Below are positions 11,501 through 19,500 of a DNA stretch of 64,000 nucleotides, piece after piece (position 1 is the stretch's first letter; each line of letters starts with the position of its first letter). Source of the stretch: Acidimicrobiia bacterium (GTDB lineage: Bacteria > Actinomycetota > Acidimicrobiia > Spongiisociales > ZC4RG35). The notes beneath the pieces were generated by a model. It did not search any database, was not told the origin of the DNA, and saw only the letters and a list, made by a program, of their open reading frames with translations. The stretch lies in the NCBI GenBank assembly GCA_965215185.1, contig OZ244034.1, positions 896,001-960,000 of the forward strand, given 5' to 3'. The translations under genes were made by a program, and so were the position numbers.

Positions 11501-12752
11501 GAGTGACTTCGACGAGGATGACACAAAGAGCCTCGACGGGTCCGCCAGATCAACCACAATAAATGTCCAGAACGGCAAGCATTACATCGTGCAAGTAACC
11601 CGGGGCAGTCAATTCAATAACAACCTCAAGACCGCCACCGTCTCCGGTACCAACTATCAGGTCCGAGATTGGCTCAAGAACGAGTTCTTACCCAACTATA
11701 CGGACGACTACCCCTGGCTCTCCGAGATCTTTGAGAGACTGCCGACATTACCCATCAATGTAGTCTCGGGGAATACGAGCTATGTAAACACGGTTGCAAC
11801 AGACATCGATGGCTGGTCCTTAGCTGGTACTCAGAAGGTGTACCTAACCGAAGATGTGTTTAGCCAGCTCCCGGACAACGCCTACCGGAACCGAGTAGCG
11901 ATCCACGAATTGGCCCACATCTACACATTGAATTGGCGGTTCATCAACGAACCGATGGCTGTCCTGAACTTACAGCAGCGTCTTGAATTCGGTACGGCAT
12001 GCGACCCAACGATCGAGTATCTTGCTGAGACCGTGACATATGCAACAACCGGAAATCTGACAGACAGCTATTACCATGGCTGCAGCGGGAAGTGGAACCA
12101 GTTCAGAAGCAGCACACTAGCAACCAGCGCGGAGAGCGCACTTGCGGGCGAAATACCAGCATGGTTCGCGCAAACATACGAGGATTCGTCGGGAAACATG
12201 GACATGGAGCAGATCTGGGACGATCTGACCAACAAAGAACTAGATCCGCAGGAGCCTGGAAGGGATAGAGATATTCGTATCTGGGGCTTCCGCAACATGT
12301 TCGGTGGTTTCTGCTCGCATTGGGAAGCGCGCACTTCACGGCGGCATCTCAATCTGACGAACCCGGTCAATGACAATAGTGACCCCTATGACGACGTCAC
12401 CACCAACCCATGGCAAGACGGCGGATGCCTGTCGCGTCGACCCCGCGAAGTGACCGCTACGCCCGCCTCGGGTTCGCTGGAAATCAGCTGGAAAAAGCCG
12501 CTGTGGTCCCATGAGCCAACCGTCGACGGCTATCTCGTGCAGTGGAAGCTCGCCCACAAGCCCGATTACCCCTCCAGCCAGCAGATAATTGTTGACGGCC
12601 TTACCGACACCACCACCGTCACCATCGACAACCTAGTCAGAAACGGGTACTACACCGTGCGGATCGCGGCGATCGAAGTCGATAGGCCCGGCATCCTACG
12701 AGACCAGTTCGGTCACAAGCGCTACATAGAGTCCAACTTTCTCGCCAACTGA
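2514..12752 (+). CDS. Giant (~3400 aa) secreted protein: many PPC-like (pre-peptidase C-terminal) repeats, cadherin-like and FN3 domains, C-terminal HExxH zincin-like region
   Basis: Signal-like VAVWLAVFAVLLPVFPVGAVGAQ (true start probably ~2628). Repeated GDVDWFAVELEAG..YRIDV..GTGTYTV units, DFEMPVDSGTDNVYEV cadherin motif, FN3 motifs (W..P...G..ITGY..., YQVRVRALNAAG), and AIHELAHIY..EYLAE. Confidence 0.85.
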   Translation: MSYRRAKVHKARWRHFARSRAVRGLACGSGSGSGSVWRVAVWLAVFAVLLPVFPVGAVGAQGAVDADETRSGAQDLGDVTEWDEPRVFDSEVDGADDSVDYFRFSLSEPRLVVLRLRRMEFDADLFVEVPSGWVLASSQENGTAKEGISVGLAVGVYLVRVEAREQGSNAYRLKVAAKVAPEGTVFHGNTEGVSDKESEDGELVEGSVLRSAHDPDSTPSGATDWGDVTGWSSPRTFDDSVDGGDDVVDYFAFTLAATKRIGAGLSFMELNADIFLENSSGTVLASGRNRDNRRERLNTELGPGDYLLRVQAQQGGLNTYEIFLQTAKPDSVTAGFDTSAVVRVGACFEGADGANIVPSWNIDWVRVELTAGEVYVLEVRGRDSGSGALVDPELKAVYVDPDGAVFDTYDQAGRSSSDGLILDNGLSSEDLDEDGSPDILDMYPNLPGPVGSPDPFGEKPVLSFTEAYDLDDGLGQDAWLLFRAEKTGSHYLVVESQGGFQGTYTVAAAEAADAPAVCGNEPPRLESPAAGATVVENTRPVWLLRVVDGDAQDAVVDVRLAGSSPAGFFEVSGSLASGDLRLVTTAALDHEVGGANSGVYEAELVMISGVGDRERTARQRWTVIAGDVDEPPTSVQGLRAAAMSHSTATLQWGASSCDSATTCPSIGYEIYRLDGTEWILLDRVEALSYTAAGLEPESTYQFRVDANNDEGTAAGSVLSVTTDEPPPDCAGDITTACTVAVDATASESVSEAGDADWYAVTLGVARLYRFEVSGRGSDALGDPFVKLYDDTGAAVAAGGVVVEDAETTGDGTAEVDFRSGLTGEYFLEAAASDGVGTGYYTLSVVDLTPASMSEGVNDLPESPFTPGRVEPDGGEVTGGVGTVGDVDWFAVDLGSGRTYRVSVVGGTGTGELADPAFKLLDDAGAELSPAVGDTDDDDDGTAVTEFTPAVAGTYFVAVLEDGDDGTGAYTVLVQELDCAGDATTGCVVEVGGSKVGGIGDAGDVDWYRVAVGAGTDYEISVVGGSGVGVLADPVVRVYDATGVTVVVQDSDADDDGTASVAVAPTEAGTYFVAVLEDGDDATGAYTVMVAVINSPPKFLDPYATVLPLGERLDVSLMENTELVLDIDVFDADEADSVSGYSIVGGADESLFEIDAGNDDALTMTVVADFEMPVDSGTDNVYEVELQATSGAGARQKTAMVLVAVTVTDDDSEAPGKSMPQVIDERFDSVSVRWTTPQTTGPPITGYQILRRLLPNGEWSNLPEVAPSVLEGVVDGLDSGAAYEIAVEAQSDEGESLSDSVIAYTDECAASAVGSCPLAVGSPVTARINIFNAGVDADWFVVELEATTPYRIEVKGSEPADPGGTVSDPATLSDPALRVFDAGGVAVADAFDADGGEGQNSVLAFTAPQTGTYYVEVREDGDDATGSYTVAVSTDDTCGASTATACTVAVDGTAAGTAESGSDVDWYSVGLDPDVAYVLYVVSRSENSDGLADPLLVGVFDAAGVLIGGTADSDSGAGQDSYKLFAPDTAATYYVAVGSDSGRGGDFTLFVSRQRPQNSVREPTGGDLASHAGTTGHILVAGQSTGEFSDESDRDMFGVWLEAGRVYRIGASGACSDDAALVGGTSTGLGISLVDHQLDASHGSAAVHLGAGVGAEFIASASGACPRPTMDVQVLESLFAYVLAADDGVAGAGTYTVSVSDVSAEVTVPDTAGRDAAGSTSTSGRARVGVAVTGVIDPSGDVDWFAIELEAGTAYRIDVRGDSVTDNGGTLGDPYVSLLDSAGGPLSPAVFDNDSGADNNARILSYTPTVSGTFYIEVKDNAGGTGTYTVAVGVGDACAASVSTACTVEADSAAEGTIGEASDVDWFKATALAADVPYTLYVAPRGAAVDDLEDPKLEGVYDSTGVQIAGTTDSDSGAGQDSYVVFTPDAADTFYVAVGRDSGVPGDFSVFVARREPAATVSEDHGSDVHGGAGTWAHLLVGDTATGDLSHVGDADAVGVRLAAGRVYRLEARGACPQQPNLSGGTLANPSLTLNDAAGSTDHSQLAAVDPAQGFSGEGSAATCTPASVDVQALDTVLVYAQITTADAVAPTGTWTLSMTDISAHATIAEPSDGDATADTDTAGRVAVGASVTGTIDPDGDEDWYAVELEAGAAYRIDVRGDSATNNGGTLADPHVSLLDSAGAYLSPAVSDDNSGVNNNARIGSFTPTVTGTFYIVVSDPDGTGTGTYTMSVTPGADCPTDIATTCETAIDEAVDGVVHANDDQDWFKATLAQDTAYTLYVTPRGSSAADLEDPELVGVYDSSGDLIADTTDADSGLGAHSYTVFTPDAAGVYYAAVGRDTGGVGGFTLWMARQRPGATVAEPTGGDLAPHAGTIGHLLAAGQATGTIADDRDEDLYGMWLEAGRAYRIAAQGACTTDGPLHGGTLTGYGLSLENAAGATTHIGTAQRIIVSSTGAGTTELLGVFPSGIAFTASVFNECETASLDVEMQQSAPLYLRVAPLPGESGTYTVSLEDITAQLTVSEPVGQDFPAETTTAGRAGIGGSATGTISSAGDTDWFAVHLEAGGRYQIDVLGDVNRAYGGTLADPEVTLFDIDGNPLSPEVSNDNSGYVNNARIRSYTATGSGTHYIVIESADGSGTGTYTVQVHNPPPMRPSVPTAVTVQKSGFRNLVVSWEPPGDTGGAEVASYQVVWESTVDGYDDFEDLLRRGKVVAGRTSTTISGLLDRLPASGTAPEYQVRVRALNAAGHSPWTEPETETPVVAPTEVKNLNLEVMSASSINVTWDPPADNGGLAITSYLVEYKPFFYTWAQANTVTTTDTSYLISGRTSGRIYDVSVTALNAAGGTDGATKETFLPSLPYTPTNLTLYSKHQGFTVSWQLAPTDSRPVSNSVLRWRRLPSTSWRTKTVDSDSRRAYDFSGFGNGADFEFQVVAENDAGRSSWTNSVIAAPVHQPQAPQNLSIDANHKQSGTSRELRVTWSHDQSDTGFTVRWRLSTSSDFDEDDTKSLDGSARSTTINVQNGKHYIVQVTRGSQFNNNLKTATVSGTNYQVRDWLKNEFLPNYTDDYPWLSEIFERLPTLPINVVSGNTSYVNTVATDIDGWSLAGTQKVYLTEDVFSQLPDNAYRNRVAIHELAHIYTLNWRFINEPMAVLNLQQRLEFGTACDPTIEYLAETVTYATTGNLTDSYYHGCSGKWNQFRSSTLATSAESALAGEIPAWFAQTYEDSSGNMDMEQIWDDLTNKELDPQEPGRDRDIRIWGFRNMFGGFCSHWEARTSRRHLNLTNPVNDNSDPYDDVTTNPWQDGGCLSRRPREVTATPASGSLEISWKKPLWSHEPTVDGYLVQWKLAHKPDYPSSQQIIVDGLTDTTTVTIDNLVRNGYYTVRIAAIEVDRPGILRDQFGHKRYIESNFLAN

Positions 12753-13142
12753 ACCGCACCGGGACTCACGCAGGCTGTGGTGTGCCCTGTGTTTCGCGCG
12801 GCCTGGTGTGCACCGGGTATACAACACGCACCGGCCCCACCGCTGCCTCAACCAGCGGCCGCCCAATGCGATCTGCGCCGTCACTCGACATCCACCCTCA
12901 CCAACTCCCAGTCGCCAAATCGACCAGATGTGACGGACTCATCGGTCGCGGCGGTTCTCGTGGTGGGTGCGGCGTATCTGACCGATGCGGGCGCGACAGC
13001 CCCGCCATCCAGGCGACAGCGGCGTCTGTGTATCCGACCTGGAGCGTTCCGAGCATCCGTCGGACAGCTTCCAGTTCCGCGGCCGCAGTGGTCACCATGA
13101 TCCGTGATCTGACTCCATAAAACACTCGATTTGCAAAACACT

Positions 13143-13315
13143 CATACTTGTAGGGTGCCCGGGCCGGGACAGGTCTGACTCTTTTGCAAACTGGCCGCTT
13201 GTGCCTTATCTATGATCTGTCGACCTGTTCTCCGGCCCGGGTAGCACTCCCCAGTGGGACGGACGTGACCTGATAGGAGCCTTGACTGATTCCCAAGCGT
13301 CTTGATGCTTCTATG
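13143..13315 (-). mobile_element. IS110-family non-coding end (putative bridge-RNA region) without a transposase
   Basis: The minus strand reads CAAGGCTCCTATCAGGTCACG...GACAGATCA...AAGGCA...GCCAGT...GAGTCAGACC...ATG, a pattern I recall from actinobacterial IS110 leaders. It contains a long imperfect hairpin (cccgggccgggacaggtc / gacctgttctccggcccggg). Confidence 0.6.
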
Positions 13316-13317
13316 TT

Positions 13318-13372
13318 TGGAGTTGCCCCGTTTGTGTGGACGGTGGTGGTACCCCACTTTCGTGGAGTCGGG
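13318..13372. mobile_element. Abutted IS3-family terminal repeat scars
   Basis: tggagttgccccgtttgtgtggacgg closely matches the IS3 end at 46218 (tggagttgctccgtttttgtggacgg). It is followed by a second end-like tggtggtaccccactttc. Confidence 0.55.
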
Positions 13373-13495
13373 TTATTTGAATTGGTGAGCTCCTGAGGTT
13401 GTGCCGGTGCGGTTCAGATATGTGGTAATAGGACTCGGCGTAAACTTGGGAATGTGAGAGTTGGGTTACTCCGAAGATGACGAGATTGTGAGCCT

Positions 13496-14572
13496 ATGAA
13501 GAAGACAGGAAGCGGTTGGTCAACCTCACAAGCCCGCATACTGGTGTTGACTCGACTGAGTGGGCTTCTCGCCGTGGTATTGGTGGTCGGAGCGATGGCT
13601 GCGGCATGTAACGACAACGCTTCCGATCGAGCTGACCCGGTGACCCTTAGCTTGGGTTACCCGTTTCCTGCTAAGCATCCGTTGCGTCTTCAGGTGCTGG
13701 AGCCGTGGGCCGCAGGCGTAAGCGCGGCGACGGCTGGCTCAGTCACCATTGAGTTTCACGCGGAACAGGCCTTGAGTTCAGCAGCGGATACCTATGCAAA
13801 CGTCGCTGCGGGTGGCCAGGACATAGGATGGGCGCTCCAGGGATATTCGGCGGGGCGCTTCCCGGCGACTGCAGTGATGGAGATGCCATTCGTCTTTGAC
13901 AGTTCCTCAGAGGCCACCGCGGCGTTTTGGGTGCTCTACGAGGAGTTTGAGGCCCTTCGCAACGACTATCACGACGTGAAGGTACTCGGTCTATGGACAA
14001 CGGGTCCCGGCGACCTGTGGCTTGCGGAGGGCGTTGCCTCCACAGCAGACGACATCGCGGGGCTCACTATCCGGTCGTCAGGTCCGGTGCAGGCTGCGGT
14101 GATCAAAGCGCTGGGAGCCAATCCGGTGAGCATGGTCGCACCTGATTTGCGCGGCGCATTGGAGGCAGGCGAGATTGATGGCCTGCTCACGGTTGACACC
14201 GCGCTGGCAACCCATGACCTCACAGATGTTCTGGAGAGCGGTACAGAGTGCGGCTGCTACGTGCTTGCCTCGTTCCTAGTGATGAACCTAGACGCTTGGA
14301 ACAGGCTGTCGACAGACCAACAGGCCGCCATAGAGAATCTATCTGGCAAGCAGGTTTCCGAGGCTGTGGCCATGTTCTACGAAAGGGCGAGCGCCACTGC
14401 GGCCGAGAAGAACGCTGCCGCTGGAATCACCAAAGTGGTGCTGGAAGACGCCGAACTCCAGCGGTGGAAGGAAATGACTAGCGGCATCGTTGACGAGTGG
14501 GTCACCGCCAACTCCGGCGAGTTCGACGCGCACGCCATGTACCTGCGAATTCTGGAACTGGCCGCGACCTGA
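13496..14572 (+). CDS. dctP: TRAP transporter substrate-binding lipoprotein (DctP family); no DctQM adjacent
   Basis: Lipobox MAAAC; PGRFP-like YSAGRFPATAVMEMPF; LTIRS; LGANPVSM; LVMNLDAWNRLS. Confidence 0.85.
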   Translation: MKKTGSGWSTSQARILVLTRLSGLLAVVLVVGAMAAACNDNASDRADPVTLSLGYPFPAKHPLRLQVLEPWAAGVSAATAGSVTIEFHAEQALSSAADTYANVAAGGQDIGWALQGYSAGRFPATAVMEMPFVFDSSSEATAAFWVLYEEFEALRNDYHDVKVLGLWTTGPGDLWLAEGVASTADDIAGLTIRSSGPVQAAVIKALGANPVSMVAPDLRGALEAGEIDGLLTVDTALATHDLTDVLESGTECGCYVLASFLVMNLDAWNRLSTDQQAAIENLSGKQVSEAVAMFYERASATAAEKNAAAGITKVVLEDAELQRWKEMTSGIVDEWVTANSGEFDAHAMYLRILELAAT

Positions 14573-14629
14573 GAATCGAACGGCAGAAGCCCGCATACAT
14601 GGACGTTCAGACGGGGACACCGAAAGTGT

Positions 14630-15217
14630 GCACGACCGGAGTCTTCGCACCCGGTTACGTGTTCTGCGTACGTGTTCGCCGACTGGAAACAGCCCCTCTT
14701 CCGCTACGTCGGACCCGACGACGACGGCACCCCAAATAGCAGACACCCTCGCCTGCCTCGACCGTGCCCGCCCACGCAACAAGTTCGACACCCCAGGATG
14801 CTCGACAACGAAACCTACCGCCAAGCGTTCGACGCCTGGGAGTCCGCCCGCAACGATGTTGTCAACAAGTGGAACCATCTGGCTGACAAAGCCAACCTCG
14901 AACCCCGGATCCCACCAGCCCTCACCCGAGCCGCCGACATCGTTCGCTCCCACGCTCCCCCAACCTTGACCCAAGACCAGATCGACGGAGCAATCGACAC
15001 CCTCCACGCCCCCTACTCCCAACGCACCATCCGAACCTTCCGGGCCGCGATGAAAACCACCCAAGAGCCCGCCGAACAGGCCAAGAAGATACTTGAGATC
15101 ATTTGTGGCTTGGGACTAGAACCCTACGTGCCACCCAAACCCCTACCCGAAATCACACCAGACGATGTCTACCTCGTCTGCTGGGTAGCCCTTGTCCCCG
15201 AGGGCCCGACTCCCTGA
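14630..15217 (+). pseudogene. Frameshifted C-terminal remnant of a larger protein, probably a helicase-associated tail
   Basis: Segments GYVFCVR / IADTLACLDRARP / AFDAWESARNDV...PLPEITPDDVYLVCWVAL fall in different frames. The family assignment is from memory only. Confidence 0.4.
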
Positions 15218-15364
15218 TGATGAAAAGTCAGTGTTGAAGGCGACGAGTACGAATTGGGTGGATCGTGGAGCCACGTCGTCAGCGACGGGTAGATGGTTTC
15301 CGGACATCCTCCCATGAACCTGACGCCTTCTGGCTACCCCGGGAGGAGGCGTGGTGGACACCGG

Positions 15365-15480
15365 ACCCGGTGGCCTGGCCGTTGAGAGCAGCCCGGGCGG
15401 CGGCCTGGGCGTCGGTGACATCGGTCTTGCCGAATCGGCGGCGGAGCTGACGGTTCGGGCGGTTCACTTCCACCACCTGG
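15365..15480 (-). mobile_element. IS110 transposase N-terminal (DEDD) fragment
   Basis: VVEVNRPNRQLRRRFGKTDVTDAQAAARAALNGQA. Confidence 0.8.
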
Positions 15481-15544
15481 ACACCGAGGGCAGGGCTGCA
15501 CGGATGGCTCCAGGAGAAAGCCAGTCACCTTGCTCCCGTTTACT

Positions 15545-15573
15545 ACGACAGATACTCTGCGAATATCTCGCAT
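15545..15573. repeat. 29-bp dyad site 2
   Basis: ACGACAGATAC-TCTGCGA-ATATCTCGCAT; same family as 1301, 15977, 26240 and 30221. Confidence 0.65.
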
Positions 15574-15976
15574 GGCGTTTTCATGGTCGGGGGTGGTTGG
15601 GTTTGTTTCGAGGTTGTATGTGTTGTTCTTGTCTGGTGTGGTGGCGGTGGTGGGTGGCATGGCCGGGTTGAACCGTGCCGGGCTTCATAGAGGGTTGGTT
15701 GTTTGGGCGATTTGTGGTGTGGTCGGGTTGGTTTGATGGTAGGCAGCATGGAAACTCACGGGACCTATTTCAATAGCGAAGACATTTCTGACGGTACAAT
15801 GACGATCCGTATGGACTATGGGGCACTCAACCAGCTGGGCGGCATGGTCTGGACCGATGCTATTGCCGAGATGAACCTGCGCACTTGTGAAGTGACAGTT
15901 ATCGACTACGGATTCGAGTAAACGGTCATTCATAGAACTAACACCCAAAGTTAGATCAAGGTTTTAGTCGCCGGTC

Positions 15977-16166
15977 GCGACTGATATTCCATAAATATCC
16001 ATCACACGGTTCTGGTCTTAGAGACCTGAGGCAACTCCGTCTGGGCTAAGTAACGCACGTTGGCGTGTTGCGGTTCTGTTCATGTTCTCATTCAAATGCT
16101 CTGGGTGTTGTTGTGAGCCGAATATGATATCACTGTGATGTATGTGTGATATTGGGTGTTGGCGGT
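15977..16166 (+). repeat. Shared ~190-bp leader, copy A, beginning with dyad site 3
   Basis: Aligns throughout with 30221-30410 (cacacggttctgg..ttagagacctgaggcaactccgtctgg; tcactgtgatgtatgtgtgatattgggt). Confidence 0.9.
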
Positions 16167-16469
16167 CAACAGGATACGCGGTGGATTGCTCTCAGACGGT
16201 TCTGCGACCTCTACGAGACCGGCGAGTTGCCCGAGTACCACGACGTCGTCGACACCATCATCGCCTGGTCAGACGAGATCCTCGCCTGGCACCACAGCGA
16301 CCGGGCCTCCAACGGCCGCATCGAGGGCATCAACAATCTCCTGCAAGTGCTCAGAAGAACTGCCCACGGGTTCACCAATCCGGCCAACTTCGAAGCCCGC
16401 GGCATCCTCGTGACATAATGACCCCAACCGGTGCCAGCAACCCTCAATCCCACGTTTACGCGAAGGGCC
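16167..16469 (+). mobile_element. ISL3-family transposase 3' fragment with right end
   Basis: TIIAWSDEILAWH...SNGRIEGINNLLQVLRRTAHGFTNPANF; terminal cgaagggcc. Confidence 0.85.
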
Positions 16470-16505
16470 CCCTGCTGCTATGGCTATTATTGCTCCAAAT
16501 CAGAA

Positions 16506-19500
16506 ATGGGTGAGTGCTTGAATTCAGGCGAACCGGCGCTCACGGTGTTCGTCCCGCGGCCGGGCAAGCGGGCACACACGAGGCGGGCGTCAGCGATCTT
16601 CGGCGTGCTAGGGGCGCTGTTGGTGTGGGTCTTCTGCGGGGTCGTGGCCCTGCAAACGCCGCAGGCACAAGCTCAAAGTTGTCCTGGAGACGCTCCGACG
16701 CCGACGGCTGTGACTGTGACGGCTGTCCCGGTCGTGGTCGCATCAACCGCCGCGGAGTATTTCGTCCTCTACGCGCGCCTCGACGGCGACGCAGCGTCGG
16801 AGGTGCTGGTCGCTGTTGTCCGCGGCCAAGCCGGCACGACGACCCTCTCTGAGAACGTTGAGGCCCTCCCCGCGGAGCGCTACCGCGTCGAGAAGTACTT
16901 GGTGTCCGACCCCGCCGACGTCGACGGCGACTGTACCGACGACATCACTGAACTCGACAACCCCACCAGCATGAATCCGGTCAACCCCGCCGTCACCGTG
17001 GCCCTGAACGACGGCGCGATCATCATCCAAGACGACGCAACCTTCGATGCGCTCTCCGTTGATTTGAGGACCCGCCGATCCTTCAAGTTCATCATCGTCG
17101 GCCTCTACACAGACCGGCCAAGCATCTATTTCGCGAATTCGAACACCCACGAAACACACCTGCAACTTGCGACCGCTCTGGGCCTCGACTTCACCGGCGT
17201 CGTGCCGGGTGATCTCAACCACGTGAGCGAGCTTCCCGCAGGCAGTGACCGGGAGGATCTAGAGGACATTTTCTATATCCATCTGCGCTTCCTGGACCCT
17301 TCCGCCAGTGTCCTGCACCGAATCTATTCCTTGTTTGCAGCCAATATGCCCGTGGTAGAAGACAATCTGTTCTTGCATCTCACCAACGATAATCTCAAGC
17401 ACCTTCAGTCCGAGATGCCTGCCTTGAGAGAGTCTCGCGTCGACGTGCTGTACTTCGACGACCTCTTTCCCGGGCAAACGTTTCAGATATTGAACCCCGG
17501 CGTCGGGTACGGCAGTCTGCGGGTGCTGGATCCCGACGATCGACCCCATTCCCGAGACATAGTCATATATGAGGCGCTGCCGAACGACCTGCCCCCGGTG
17601 GCTGGCATTATCACCACGGTGCCGCAGACGCCGCTGTCGCACGTCAATCTGCGCGCCGTGCAGAACGGTGTCCCCAACGCGTACGTGCAAGACCTGCTCG
17701 ACGACCCCGACATAGCGGCCCTTCTGGACAGCTACGTCCGTTACGAGGTGACCGACGGGGAGTGGGATGTGCGGGCCGCGACTCCCGAGGAGGTCGACGC
17801 CCACTTCGCGTCACTGCGGCCCGCGACCGCGCAAGTGCCGCAGCGGGACCTGTCGGTGACGTCGATCACGGCGCTGGAACAGGTCGGCTTCGACGACTGG
17901 GACGCCTTCGGGGTCAAGGCAGCCAACGTTGCCGTCCTAGGCAGGCTCGGTTTCGCCGAGGGCACCGTGCCCGACGGATTCGTGGTGCCCTTCTACTTTT
18001 ACGTCGAGTTCATGAAGGCCAACGACCTCTATGCTCGGGTCGACGAGATGCTGGTCGATCCTGATTTCCAGACGGACTTCGACGTCCAGGACGACATGCT
18101 TGATGACTTGCGCGACGACATCAAGGACGCAGTCTCGCCGCAGTGGATCATCGATGCACTCACGCAAATGCACGCATCGTTTCCCGAGGACATTTCTCTG
18201 CGCTACCGGTCCAGCACCAACAACGAGGACCTGCCCGGATTCAACGGCGCCGGCCTGTACGACTCAAAGACCCAGGATGCAGAGGAGACCGAGGAGGACG
18301 GCATCGACAAGTCTCTCAAACAGGTCTATGCCAGCCTGTGGAACTTCCGGGCCTTCACTGAGCGTGAACTCCACCGAGTCGATCACACCAAGACCGCCAT
18401 GGGCGTGCTGGTCCACCCCAACTACAGCAACGAGCTCGCCAACGGTGTCGCCGTCAGTTTCAACCCCATCGCCGGCACGTTCGACCGCTACTACGTGAAC
18501 ACCCAGATCGGTGAAGACCTCGTCACCAATCCCGAAGACCACTCGATCCCGGAGGAACTGCTGCTTGGCCAGGGCAGCGTGTACACCGTCCTGGCCACCT
18601 CCAACCAAGTTGAGCCCGGGCAACTCCTGATGAGCGGTGCCCAAGTGATGCAACTCGGCGAGCATCTCGCCGTGATCCACGACCACTTCGAGCAGTTGTA
18701 CGCCCCCGCGGCCGACGAGCCGTACGCCATCGAGATCGAGTTCAAGATCACCGAAGACGACATCCTCGCCATCAAACAAGCCCGACCCTGGATCTTCCCC
18801 GGCACCACTGCCACGACCACCACGACCACCACGACCACCACGACCACCACGACCACCACGACCACCACGACCACCACGACCACCACGGCCACCACGGGCG
18901 GAGGCGGCGGACGCAGTGGTGGAGGTGGAGGCGGACGCGGTGGTGGAGGTGGAGGCGGACGCGGTGGTGGAGGTGGAGGTTTAGATGAGGGAGGCAGTGA
19001 TGAATTACCGCCCACAGCCTCTGAACTGTTCGAAGACATCGACCCGGGAGTGTGGTATGAGCAAGCAGTGACGTGGATGCTCCTCCACAAAGTCACCTCC
19101 GGATGTTCCACCACCATGTTCTGTCCCGACGCCAACCTCACCCGCCAACAATTCGTCACGTTCCTCTGGAGAGCAGCCGGCCGACCCACCCCCACCTACC
19201 AAGGATCAGAAGCCTTCACCGACGTAGCAGAAGGGATCTACTCGGACCAGGCCATCGGCTGGGCAGTCTCCAACGAAATCACCGTGGGATGCACCCCAGG
19301 CACCTTTAGTGATCCTGACTGGGAGTTTTGCCCAACGGATCACGTCACCAGAGGACAAATGGCCACCCTCCTCTACCGACACGTAGAAGCCGACTATGTT
19401 GGCACAACCCTCCCATACACCGATGTGCAACCAGACCGATACTACGCGGAAAGCATCACCTGGCTCACCGACTTCCAAGCAGTCCCCGGATGCGGACCAA

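Noticed and set aside
12777-13141. Short overlapping ORFs after the giant gene
   Set aside because: No recognisable family or consistent coding signal.
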